Part shown: positions 36,071 through 45,705 of the stretch, one piece after another
Layout: the number at the start of each line of letters is the position of its first letter
How positions within the stretch are numbered: the first letter of the stretch is position 1
Origin: an uncultured Alphaproteobacteria bacterium
Lineage (GTDB): Bacteria > Pseudomonadota > Alphaproteobacteria > SHVP01
Reading direction: 5' to 3'
Assembly (NCBI GenBank): GCA_964611585.1
Contig: CAZTAK010000001.1
Coordinates: 11,132-75,131 of the forward strand
DNA length: 64,000 bases
Notes under the pieces: model-generated
Seen by the model: the letters and a program-made list of their open reading frames with translations, nothing else
Told to the model about the DNA's origin: nothing
Databases searched by the model: none
Position numbers and translations under genes: made by a program

Positions 36071-37204
36071 TCAAACGCCGACGATCTGGAAAAAGATCGA
36101 GAACGCCGCATCGACCACGATCACCAGGAAGATCGACTCGACGACCGAACGAGTGGTGCGCTGGCCCACGCTTTCGGCCGAGCCCTCGACTTGCAACCCC
36201 TCGTAGCACCCGACCATCGCGATCAGAAACCCGAAAACCGGCGCCTTGATGATGCCGACCCAGAACGACCACAGGCCGACCGCATCGTTGAGGCGCTCGA
36301 CGAAGGCCGCCGGCGAGATGCCGAGCACGATCCACGACATCAGGCCGCCGCCGAGAAGACCCATGATATCGGAGAAGAACGCCAGCAGCGGTAGCGTTAT
36401 TACCAGCGCCAGGAGGCGCGGCAGCACCAGCACCTCCATCGGATCGAGGCCGAGCGTCTGCATGGCATCGACTTCTTCGTGCACCTTCATCGATCCGATT
36501 TGGGCCGTAAAGGCGCTGCCGGAACGGCCGGCGACAACGATCGCGGTCAGAAGAATCCCGATCTCGCGCAACACCGAGACCGCCACCAGATTGACGACGA
36601 ACACCTCGGCACCGAAGCGGACCAGCTGGCTTGCGCCCTGAAAGGCCATCACGACGCCGATCAGGAACGAAATCAGGGCCACGATAGGGAGCGCGTTCAG
36701 GCCAACCTGCTCGATGTGATAGATCAGCGGCGTCACCCGGAGCCGCCACGGCCGTACCGCAGTGCCCGCCAGTGTCGTCACGATCCGGCCGAAGAATCCC
36801 AGCAACGCCACGCCCTCGCGCGCAACCTCTTCGCTGGCAGCACCGACGTGGGCGATCATTTGCAAAAAGCCGGTGCCCTCGCCAGTTTCCGGTTCGTGCG
36901 GCTTGTCGCTGCGGCTGACGGCGTCGAACAACGATTGCTGATCGGCGGACGCGCCTTCGACGCGCACGGTCGCGCCGGCCGCCGACCAGTCCCGCGCCGT
37001 CCGGTAGAGCACCCATGCGCCGGCGGTATCGAGGCGTTCAAGCCGACTGAGATCGATGCGGACCGACCGCGCTGCCGGAACGCTGACGCGTTTCAGTTCG
37101 CCGTCGAGGCGACCGATGCTGGCAACATCCCAATTGCCACCGGCCGAGAGGACGAATTCGTCCCCCTCGCCGCCCGTTTCCAACCAGCCCTGATCCGCGA
37201 CCAT
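36071..37204 (-). CDS. MlaE-family ABC permease with a fused N-terminal STAS domain
   Basis: The N-terminal 100 aa are STAS-like (anti-sigma antagonist fold). The C-terminal region is the MlaE permease core. Confidence 0.8.
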   Translation of the reverse strand: MVADQGWLETGGEGDEFVLSAGGNWDVASIGRLDGELKRVSVPAARSVRIDLSRLERLDTAGAWVLYRTARDWSAAGATVRVEGASADQQSLFDAVSRSDKPHEPETGEGTGFLQMIAHVGAASEEVAREGVALLGFFGRIVTTLAGTAVRPWRLRVTPLIYHIEQVGLNALPIVALISFLIGVVMAFQGASQLVRFGAEVFVVNLVAVSVLREIGILLTAIVVAGRSGSAFTAQIGSMKVHEEVDAMQTLGLDPMEVLVLPRLLALVITLPLLAFFSDIMGLLGGGLMSWIVLGISPAAFVERLNDAVGLWSFWVGIIKAPVFGFLIAMVGCYEGLQVEGSAESVGQRTTRSVVESIFLVIVVDAAFSIFFQIVGV

Positions 37205-37437
37205 AGTTTCATCTTATTTGGCTGGCAGTGTCGGTATCGGTGCGGTCCTGCCTCGGCGCGGGAAAATCATGACATGGCACGAATTTGTGATCAAGAAGCC
37301 CTAATTGCTCCGAATTCGGCTTTTATTAAGCGGTTTCGGGTATTGCTGCGGTGCCGCATGGTCAGTAATGTCGCCGTCCAACAATTCGGCGCCCCCGGCC
37401 CAAACCCGGGGGGGAACCCCTGATGAAGGAGAAATAA

Positions 37438-37842
37438 ATGAATTTGGCGAAATCCCTTGCACTCAGTACAGCGTTTGCCATCGGCCTCGGTGCGGTCCCG
37501 GCGCTTGCGCAGGATACCGCAAAGGGGAAACGGTTGTTCAAGCGCTGCGCCGCGTGCCACACACTCGAAGAAGGCGGCAAGAACAAGGTTGGGCCCAACC
37601 TGTTCGGCATCCTGGGGCAGCAAATCGCGACTGCCGAGAACTTCCGTTTCTCGAACGCGTTCAAGGAGCTGGATTTCGCATGGGACGAGGCGAAAATGGA
37701 CGAATTCATCCTGGCGCCGAAAAAGATGATTCCGGGCACAAAGATGGCTTTTCCCGGCTTGCGCAAGGAGCAGGACCGGGCGGACCTGATCGCCTACCTC
37801 ATGGAGGCGACGACAACCAGCACGGCGGATGCAACCGACTGA
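37438..37842 (+). CDS. class I c-type cytochrome (c2/c550-like)
   Basis: The product has a signal peptide, the CAACH heme-binding site and a distal Met region (GTKMAFPGL). Confidence 0.85.
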   Translation: MNLAKSLALSTAFAIGLGAVPALAQDTAKGKRLFKRCAACHTLEEGGKNKVGPNLFGILGQQIATAENFRFSNAFKELDFAWDEAKMDEFILAPKKMIPGTKMAFPGLRKEQDRADLIAYLMEATTTSTADATD

Positions 37843-37884
37843 GCCCGTGCCGGCCCGGAAAATCGAATAGCGGCGCCTGCGGGC

Positions 37885-37918
37885 GAAAAACGACGTCTTT
37901 GGACGCCGTTTTCTTTTG
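37885..37918 (+). terminator. rho-independent terminator after the cytochrome c gene
   Basis: The stem AAAACGACGTC-tttg-GACGCCGTTTT is followed by CTTTTG. Confidence 0.5.
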
Positions 37919-38050
37919 CCGCCAATCCGGACTTTTTGACCGACGACCCGGGCGGCGCCCCGTCCCGGCGCGCGGCGCGATTGCGGTCGAGCGCCTTTCG
38001 CCCGTAGGATCGATATCCGCCGCGCGGTACCCAATCCATGCCTTGCTGAT

Positions 38051-39283
38051 ATGAGCCTGGTTCTCGAGTTTCTCGAATTCGTCGAAAAGAAAGCGCCGCC
38101 ATCGGTCTCGGCGCTGTTGGCCCGAATTCTGCTCAAGTGCCGCGAAACGACCGGCGCCGAAGCGGGCACGGTCCATGTGGTGCGCCGGCGCGGGCGCCAG
38201 ACCCTGCTCGAAATGGTGCAACGCCAGAACGACGCGGTTCCGGTGGCCCCGGCAGCAGATGACCGCGCCAGCCCCGTCAATACGGCAACCATCGTCGGAT
38301 TCGCCGCCGCCACCGGCGAGCCCGTGCGCGAGTCCGACGTACGCCGGATTCGCTCGAACAAGCCCTACGCATTCAACCGCAACCTGGACCCGCCCGGTTA
38401 TGTCACGCGCTCGGTTCTGTGCTTGCCGGTAAAGAACTTTCAGGGCGACGTCGTCGCCGTGGTCGAACTGATCAACCGCCGGCTAAAGGGGCGCGAGGTG
38501 CCCGCTGCCTTTACGCGCGACCAGGCCAACCTGCTACTGCCGGTGATGCGGGTGCTGTCTGGATATATCGAACGCACCGACAATCTCGAAAGGATCGCGG
38601 CGCAAAACGTCAAACTTCGCCAGCGCGCGCGCACGCTCGCCAAGCAGCGCGCCAAAGTTGCCGACCTTCAGGAACAGACCGAAGACGCCTTCAAACTTTC
38701 GATCAGCCTGCTGGCGCGAGCCGCAGAAATTCACGACGAAGGCACCGGCAACCACATCGTCCGGGTCAACGAGTACAGCTATTACCTAGCCGACAAGCTG
38801 GGGATGCCGCGCGCGTTCTGCAACGAAATCCGCTACTCGGCACAACTCCACGACGTCGGCAAAATGGTGGTCGATGCCGCCGTGCTCAAGAAGGGCGGCA
38901 AACTGACCAACGACGAGCGTCAGGAAATGAACAAGCATCCGATCTACGGCTATCAGATTCTGTCGCATTCCCACCGCCTCAAACTGGCCGCAGGGATCGC
39001 CCTGTTTCATCATGAAAAATGGGACGGCAGCGGTTACCCCAACCGCGTAAAAGGCGAAGAGATTCCGATTTCGGCGCGTATCGTCGCAGTCGCCGATGCC
39101 TACGACGCGCTGCGCTCGGCGCGTCCCTACAAGCCCGGCTACAGCCACGAACGGACTGTTGAGATCATCGCCAAGGGTGATGAGCGCATCGACCCCAAGG
39201 GCCATTTCGATCCGACGGTGATCGACGTGTTCTCGCAGCATCACCGTGGCATGGCAAAGATCTGCCAGAAGTTTGTCGACTGA
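38051..39283 (+). CDS. GAF-domain / HD-GYP c-di-GMP phosphodiesterase
   Basis: The product has an HD motif (LHDVGK) and HHEKWDGSGYP (HD-GYP) after an N-terminal GAF-like region. Confidence 0.85.
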   Translation: MSLVLEFLEFVEKKAPPSVSALLARILLKCRETTGAEAGTVHVVRRRGRQTLLEMVQRQNDAVPVAPAADDRASPVNTATIVGFAAATGEPVRESDVRRIRSNKPYAFNRNLDPPGYVTRSVLCLPVKNFQGDVVAVVELINRRLKGREVPAAFTRDQANLLLPVMRVLSGYIERTDNLERIAAQNVKLRQRARTLAKQRAKVADLQEQTEDAFKLSISLLARAAEIHDEGTGNHIVRVNEYSYYLADKLGMPRAFCNEIRYSAQLHDVGKMVVDAAVLKKGGKLTNDERQEMNKHPIYGYQILSHSHRLKLAAGIALFHHEKWDGSGYPNRVKGEEIPISARIVAVADAYDALRSARPYKPGYSHERTVEIIAKGDERIDPKGHFDPTVIDVFSQHHRGMAKICQKFVD

Positions 39284-39589
39284 CGGCGCCGTGCCGTTTT
39301 TTTCGGAGAGCCGCCCGACCGGCCGGCGCCCGCACGCCGCAACAGGGATTATCAGCCGCGAAAAACGGCACGGAGTGCAACTGCGTTGACGAAATCGGGC
39401 CGCTTCCCTACGGGAAGGTGCCCGCCCGCCCGGCCCGCCACTGCGGGCTGTAATGACGACGTGCAGCCGCGACGAACGGCATCGGTTACGACCGCGTTGA
39501 CATTCCCTCGGGCATTCTCAATACTTTGGAGGTCGGCTCCTGACACTGGTAGAAATACTAGTCGTTTATTGGCGCCGACCTTTTTTTTA

Positions 39590-39660
39590 TTAATTGCGTT
39601 GACTTGTTTAGTTGCATGGCGATTTCAATAAGTAAAAGTATCAATACTAGGGTGCAAATA
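39590..39660. promoter_or_regulatory. AT-rich segment inside a long structured intergenic region; probable promoter of the downstream ABC importer operon
   Basis: Local AT content is far above the window average. TTGACT (39599-39604) and TATCAAT-like hexamers are present but with ambiguous spacing. Confidence 0.3.
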
Positions 39661-39786
39661 ATGGGCGGCACTATTGTCCAGCCAAGTATTGTGACCGCGA
39701 ATTAGCGCGGGGGAAAGAACGGTCGGTGCGCCGGATTGAATCGTCGCGGGGAACCGTAACGGAGGCGCTAACAGATGGAGGAAACC

Positions 39787-41487
39787 ATGGCGCACACCAA
39801 AGACCCAAAACTACACGCCTACATTCCCGAGCTGATCGAACAGTTTCGGAAACGCGAAATCAGCCGCCGCGAGTTCCTGCGGACGGCAACGCTTCTGGGC
39901 GTCTCGGCGACCGCCGCCTATGCGGTTGCGGGCCGGATCGACGGCCAGACCTTCGTACCGCAGGCCCGCGCCCAGATGAAGAAGATGGGCGGCCACCTGC
40001 GTTTCGGCATGAGCGTTCAGGAAGTCACCGACCCGGCAATCTTCGACTGGACCGAGAAAGGCAACGGCGCACGGCAAATCGTCGAATCGCTGGTTCGAAT
40101 CGGAAACGACAATATCGCCCGCCCCTATCTGGCGGAACGCTGGGAGGCCTCGGAAAACCTTAAGACCTGGACTTTCCATCTTCGGCGCGGCGTCAAATGG
40201 TCGAACGGGGACACCTTCAACGCCGACGACCTGATCTTCAATATGGAACGCTGGCTCGACCCTGCCACCGGTTCGTCGAACCAGTCCCGGTTCGGCACCA
40301 TGACGACGACCGCTGACACCGGCAAGAAGGACGACAACGGCAATCCGGTTATGTCGACGACCATGACCGGGGGCGCAATTGAGCGGATCGACGATCATAC
40401 CGTGCGCTTTCACCTCAATACGCCGAACGTAGCGATCCCGGAAAGTTTCGGCGACTACCCGGCGTTGATTGTGCACCGGCGGTTTTCGGACGAAGGCGGC
40501 GATCTTTCGAAAAACCCGGTCGGGACCGGCCCCTATCGTCTTGCCGAGTACGTCGTCGGCGAAAAGCTGGTGCTGGAAAAGCGTCCGGCCTCGGAATACT
40601 GGGGCGACGAATTCGCCCTCGACAAGATCACCTACATCGATACCGGCGACGATCCGGCGGCCTCTCTGGCGGCGCTTGCCTCGGGGCAGATCGACATCAA
40701 CCACCAGTTCGGCGTCGAACTGATCGACGCGGTGCAGCAAATTCCGACGCTCAACCTCAATGAAACGCCGACCGCGGCAACCGGCGTCGCCCGAATGCAC
40801 GTTACCGAAAAACCGTTCGATGATCCGCGCGTGCGCAAGGCGATCCGGCTGACCGTCGATCATCAGCGCCTGGTCGATATCGTCTTTCGCGGCCATGGGT
40901 TGCCGTCGGAAGACCACGCCGTGGCGCCCATTCACCCCGAATACGCGGCCCTGCCCGAGGTCAAACGCGACATCGAGCAAGCCAAGGCGCTGTTGCACGA
41001 GGCCGGATTTGATAATGGTCTCGACCTGCAAATCAACTGCGTCGCCAACCCGACCTGGGAGCAGAATTCGTGCACGGCGCTGGCCGAGATGGCGAAGCCC
41101 GCGGGCATCAACATCAAAGTCAACGTCATGCCGGGCGGCAGCTATTGGGGCAAGTGGCTGACTTGGCCGTTCGGTTTCACGTCGTGGGGCCACCGGCCGC
41201 TGGGTATTATCAACCTCGGTCTCGGCTACCGGACCGGCGGCAAATGGAACGAAACGGGGCACAACAACCCGGAGTTCGACAAAGCGCTGGATGAAGCGAC
41301 CGGCATTCTCGATCCCAGGGAGCGCAGCGTCGTGATGGCGAAGGTTGAAAAGCTCTTGCAGGACGACTCGGTGATTTCACAGTCGCTGTGGCGGTCGCTG
41401 TTCAACGCCAACAACAAGAAGGTGAAGGGCTGGACACTCGGCAACGCATTGGAGCATCACCTCAACGACGTGTGGATCGACGCCTGA
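39787..41487 (+). CDS. ABC transporter substrate-binding protein, family 5 (DppA/OppA-like), Tat signal
   Basis: An RBS (GGAGGA) is present. The twin-arginine motif SRREFLRTATLLGVSATAAYA is followed by the SBP_bac_5 pattern. Confidence 0.85.
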   Translation: MAHTKDPKLHAYIPELIEQFRKREISRREFLRTATLLGVSATAAYAVAGRIDGQTFVPQARAQMKKMGGHLRFGMSVQEVTDPAIFDWTEKGNGARQIVESLVRIGNDNIARPYLAERWEASENLKTWTFHLRRGVKWSNGDTFNADDLIFNMERWLDPATGSSNQSRFGTMTTTADTGKKDDNGNPVMSTTMTGGAIERIDDHTVRFHLNTPNVAIPESFGDYPALIVHRRFSDEGGDLSKNPVGTGPYRLAEYVVGEKLVLEKRPASEYWGDEFALDKITYIDTGDDPAASLAALASGQIDINHQFGVELIDAVQQIPTLNLNETPTAATGVARMHVTEKPFDDPRVRKAIRLTVDHQRLVDIVFRGHGLPSEDHAVAPIHPEYAALPEVKRDIEQAKALLHEAGFDNGLDLQINCVANPTWEQNSCTALAEMAKPAGINIKVNVMPGGSYWGKWLTWPFGFTSWGHRPLGIINLGLGYRTGGKWNETGHNNPEFDKALDEATGILDPRERSVVMAKVEKLLQDDSVISQSLWRSLFNANNKKVKGWTLGNALEHHLNDVWIDA

Positions 41488-41596
41488 TTGGGCGGATGCG
41501 CGGGGCCGGCACCGGCCGGACCCGCGCACCCCGCGCGCCCGCCGCAAGGCCGAGGCGGCACGCGGCGTCTGACGCCGATCTGGCCGGCACCAAACT

Positions 41597-42529
41597 GTGA
41601 CGCTTTTGCTGCTCAAACGCATCGGCTACCTGGTGCTGACCATGGTGGCGGTGTCGATCCTGGTATTCTTGCTGCTCGAAGTCTCGCCCGGCAGCGTTGC
41701 GGCCAAGGTACTGGGACCCTATTCGACACTGGAACAGCGCGAACTGTGGCTCGCCGCCCACGGCTACAACGAGCCGGTCTTGCAGCGTTATCTCGACTGG
41801 TTGTGGCGGTTCTTCACGGGCGATTTTGGCGAATCGACGCGCTTCAAGGTTCCGGTCGCCGATGTCCTGTGGCGCCGCCTCGGCAACACCGCCATCCTCG
41901 GCCTGACGGCGCTTGCGATCATCGTGCCGCTGTCGCTGGTGCTGGGCGTTCTGGCGGGTATGCGCGAGGGGTCCAAGCTCGACCGCGCAATTTCCATTGG
42001 GAGCATCTTCACCACCTCGATCCCCGAGTTCGCCAGTGCGGTGTTCGTCGCCGCCATCTTCGTCTTCTGGCTGGGCTGGCTGCCGGGAACCTCGGGCATG
42101 ACCAACGGTTGGAATCCGATCGAGCTGATTCTTCCGGCCCTGGTACTGGTGCTCTACGACTTCGGCTATGTCACGCGCATGACCCGCGCCTCGATGGCCG
42201 AGGTGATGACCACGCCCTACATCCGGACCGCGGTTCTAAAAGGTCTGCCCTATCGCCGCATCATTACCCGGCACGCGCTTCGCAATGCGCTGATCGCGCC
42301 GTTCACGATCATCATGTTGCAGATCAACTGGCTTTTGTCGGGAGTGATCGTGGTCGAGTTCTTCTTTGCCTACAAAGGATTTGGCGCGCTTCTGCTCGAG
42401 GCGTCGCTCAACCAGGACATTTTCCTGATCGAAGCGTGCACCATGGTCGCCGTGTTCGTGGCGGTGACCACTCAGACGGTTGCGGACGTGGGGTACACCT
42501 ACCTCAATCCGCGCATCCGGTTCAGTTGA
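41597..42529 (+). CDS. ABC transporter permease (DppB-like)
   Basis: The product is a 6-TM permease with the EAA-like loop (MAEVMTTPYIRTAVLKGL). Confidence 0.85.
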   Translation: MTLLLLKRIGYLVLTMVAVSILVFLLLEVSPGSVAAKVLGPYSTLEQRELWLAAHGYNEPVLQRYLDWLWRFFTGDFGESTRFKVPVADVLWRRLGNTAILGLTALAIIVPLSLVLGVLAGMREGSKLDRAISIGSIFTTSIPEFASAVFVAAIFVFWLGWLPGTSGMTNGWNPIELILPALVLVLYDFGYVTRMTRASMAEVMTTPYIRTAVLKGLPYRRIITRHALRNALIAPFTIIMLQINWLLSGVIVVEFFFAYKGFGALLLEASLNQDIFLIEACTMVAVFVAVTTQTVADVGYTYLNPRIRFS

Positions 42530-42601
42530 GGTACCGGCGATGGCAGACTCACGAAGTGTTCAATCCGCCCCCGCGGGGTGCGCAGGGCGTTGGTGCGAAC
42601 G

Positions 42602-43432
42602 ATGAAGTCGTTCGCGTTGTTGCGGGAATCGCCGGTCGGCATGATCGGCACGGCGATCATCGTGCTGTGGATCGCGATTGCACTGCTGGCGCCGCTGATC
42701 GCGCCCTTTCCTCCCAACGCGCAGATCCTCCCGTTCGCAAGGCCGCTCGCGGCGGCGCCTGACGGCGGTACATTCTGGCTCGGCACCGATAATCTCGGGC
42801 GCGACATTCTCAGCCGCATCATCTGGGGCGCGCAGACGGTGCTGACCTATGCCCCGGCGGCGACCCTCAGCGCCTATGTCGTCGGCGTCGCCATGGGCCT
42901 TGCCGCCGGTTACCTGCGGGGCTGGATCGACGAAGTGCTGTCGCGGTTGAGCGACGTGATTCTGTCGTTCCCGATCCTGGTCCTCTACATCATCATCATC
43001 GCCACCGTCGGCGCTTCGGGCCTCAACATCATTCTCGCCGTCACTTTCGCCAGTACGCCCGGCATCATGCGAATCGTGCGGAGCCTGGTTCTCGACCTGC
43101 GCAACCGCAACTATGTCGCCGCGGCCGAGACCCGGGGCGAATCGACATGGCATATCATGCTGGTCGAGATTCTGCCCAACGCGCGCGGACCGCTCATCGT
43201 CGACGGCTGCCTGCGGCTCGGTTACGTCACGATAACCATTGGCGCGCTCGGTTTTCTCGGGCTTGGGCTTCCGCCGCCCGATCCCGACTGGGGCACCATG
43301 GTGAATCAGGGACGGCCGATGGCGATGGTATTCCCGCACATGGTGCTTTACCCGTGCGCCGCGATTACCTCATTGGTGCTGGGCTTTAACCTGTTGGCCG
43401 ACGGCCTGCGGGAAATCTCGCTCAAGGATTGA
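42602..43432 (+). CDS. ABC transporter permease (DppC-like)
   Basis: The binding-protein-dependent permease signature is present. An alternative GTG start lies at 42578. Confidence 0.8.
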   Translation: MKSFALLRESPVGMIGTAIIVLWIAIALLAPLIAPFPPNAQILPFARPLAAAPDGGTFWLGTDNLGRDILSRIIWGAQTVLTYAPAATLSAYVVGVAMGLAAGYLRGWIDEVLSRLSDVILSFPILVLYIIIIATVGASGLNIILAVTFASTPGIMRIVRSLVLDLRNRNYVAAAETRGESTWHIMLVEILPNARGPLIVDGCLRLGYVTITIGALGFLGLGLPPPDPDWGTMVNQGRPMAMVFPHMVLYPCAAITSLVLGFNLLADGLREISLKD

Positions 43433-43434
43433 CG

Positions 43435-45534
43435 ATGGACGCGAAGGCTTCCAGGGCAACAGCGGAACCGCTTCTCGACATACGCGATCTGTGCGTGTCG
43501 TACTTCACGCGCGCGGGCGAGGTTCCCGCGGTCGAAGATTTTTCGCTGTCTCTGGCGCCGGGCGAAGCGGTCGGCCTGGTCGGCGAATCGGGGTGCGGCA
43601 AGACCACCGTCGCCATGGCGATCATGCGGTATCTGGGCCGCAACGGCCGCACGGTCGGCGGTGAAATCCGGTTCGGCGGGCGCAACATGGAAAGCCTCGC
43701 GCCGCTTGAGTTGCGCGCCGTCCGCGGCGGTAAGATCGCGATGGTGTATCAGGAGCCGATGTCGGCGCTCAACCCCAGCATGCCGCTCGGCCAACAGCTT
43801 GCCGAGGTGCCGCGATACCACGATTCGGTTGACGATGCCGAGGCGCGCGACCGCGTGCTGGAGGTGCTGATCGACGTCAAATTGGCCGATCCGGAACGTG
43901 TTTTCGACGCCTACCCGCACCAGATTTCGGGCGGGCAACAGCAGCGTGCCGTCATCGCCATGGCTCTGCTGGGACGGCCGTCGCTATTGCTGCTGGACGA
44001 GCCGACCACCGCCCTTGACGTCACGATCGAAGCCGGCATCGTCGATCTGATCGCCGAGATTCGCGCCAAGTACGGAACCAGCATTCTGTACATTTCGCAC
44101 AACCTCGGCCTCATTCTCGAAACCTGCGATCGAATCAGCGTGATGTACTCGGGTGAGGTGGTGGAAGAGGGATTGGTGCGCGATGTTTTCTCGGCCCCCC
44201 GCCATCCCTATACACAGGGTCTGTTCCGCTGCATTCCGACAGTCGCCGCCGATAAGTCCGAGCGGCCGTTGCGGCCGATCCGGGGCCAGCTTCCGTTGCC
44301 GCACGAGCGCCCCGCGGGATGCAATTTCGGCCCCCGGTGCGATTTTTTCTCGCCAGGTCTGTGCAATACGCCCGATCTGCCGCTGCAAACCACCACCGCA
44401 GACGGCGGGGCGCCCCGTGTGCGCTGCCGTCGCTGGCAGGATGTTGCCGCCGACGAAGCGGTCCTGCCGGCCCGGGCGCGCGGTTTACGCTCCGGCGAGG
44501 GCCCCGCGCCAATCCTCGACGTCCGCGGCCTTCACAAGCGCTATCCCGTTCAGGACCGCACCCTGGGAGCGCTCCTTTCCGGCCAAGGAAAGCGGTACGT
44601 CCAAGCCAACGAAGGCCTGACCTTCAGCGCGCGGCGCGGCGAGACGCTGGCCGTGGTCGGCGAATCCGGATGTGGCAAATCGACCTTCGCCAAGGTTCTG
44701 ATGGGGCTGGAAACGGCGACCGCGGGCGAGGCCCGGTTCAATGGCGAGGAGATCGGGACACGCCCCGTCCGCCGCCGCCAGCCCGAACAACTGGCGGCCA
44801 TGCAAATGGTGTTTCAGGATCCGAGCGAAACCCTGAATCCCAGCCACACCGTCGGCGGCCAAATTGGGCGCGTCGTCCGGCGGCTGGGCGGGCGCACCGA
44901 CCGCAGCGAAATCCGGGCCGAGGTCGCACGTCTGCTCGATCTGGTGAAGCTGCCGCAGAACATGGCGAATCGGCTGCCGCGACAATTATCGGGTGGGCAG
45001 AAGCAGCGAATCGGAATTGCGCGCGCCTTTGCCGGCAGTCCCGGTCTGGTGGTTGCCGACGAGCCGGTGTCGGCACTCGACGTCTCGGTTCAGGCGGCGG
45101 TGACTGAACTGCTGATCGACATTCAACGCGAATTCGGAACCACGCTCTTGTACATCAGCCACGATCTCGGTGTGGTGCGATATCTTGCCGACCAGGTCGT
45201 GGTGTTGTACCTCGGGCAAGTGATGGAAACCGGGACGACCGATCAGGTGTTCGGTCCGCCACATCACCCCTACACCGAGGCACTGTTGTCGGCGGTACCG
45301 GTGACCGACCCGCAAGCGGAACGCCGCCGTATCGTCCTTGAGGGAAGCCCGCCCAGCGCTCTCGATCCGCCACACGGTTGTCCTTTTCACACCCGGTGCC
45401 CGCGAAAAGTGGGAGCCCAATGCGAAACCGGGCGGCCCGCCGAACAGTTGGCCGCGTCGGGACACCGGATCGCCTGTCATATCCCCGTCGAAGAGCTGGC
45501 CGAGGTCCGGCCGTTGAGGAAGCGCGGTTTCTAG
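43435..45534 (+). CDS. ABC transporter ATP-binding protein with two fused ATPase domains (DppD-DppF fusion)
   Basis: There are two complete Walker A, signature and Walker B sets (GESGCGKTT/LSGGQQQR and GESGCGKST/LSGGQKQR). Each half has the oligopeptide-type C-terminal extension. Confidence 0.85.
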   Translation: MDAKASRATAEPLLDIRDLCVSYFTRAGEVPAVEDFSLSLAPGEAVGLVGESGCGKTTVAMAIMRYLGRNGRTVGGEIRFGGRNMESLAPLELRAVRGGKIAMVYQEPMSALNPSMPLGQQLAEVPRYHDSVDDAEARDRVLEVLIDVKLADPERVFDAYPHQISGGQQQRAVIAMALLGRPSLLLLDEPTTALDVTIEAGIVDLIAEIRAKYGTSILYISHNLGLILETCDRISVMYSGEVVEEGLVRDVFSAPRHPYTQGLFRCIPTVAADKSERPLRPIRGQLPLPHERPAGCNFGPRCDFFSPGLCNTPDLPLQTTTADGGAPRVRCRRWQDVAADEAVLPARARGLRSGEGPAPILDVRGLHKRYPVQDRTLGALLSGQGKRYVQANEGLTFSARRGETLAVVGESGCGKSTFAKVLMGLETATAGEARFNGEEIGTRPVRRRQPEQLAAMQMVFQDPSETLNPSHTVGGQIGRVVRRLGGRTDRSEIRAEVARLLDLVKLPQNMANRLPRQLSGGQKQRIGIARAFAGSPGLVVADEPVSALDVSVQAAVTELLIDIQREFGTTLLYISHDLGVVRYLADQVVVLYLGQVMETGTTDQVFGPPHHPYTEALLSAVPVTDPQAERRRIVLEGSPPSALDPPHGCPFHTRCPRKVGAQCETGRPAEQLAASGHRIACHIPVEELAEVRPLRKRGF

Positions 45535-45705
45535 GTCGCGGAATCCGTCGAACTCTTTCACCAGTTCTTTACTTTCACAGGTTCTAATGCATCCCGAAAT
45601 TGTGCCATCTCGGGTGCAGTTCCGGCGCCGGACGTTGGGCCCGAACTCAAGCCGGATACGCAGGTTCCGGCGGAGCAAGCAAAATAGATTCGAGGCGGTC
45701 CAAAC

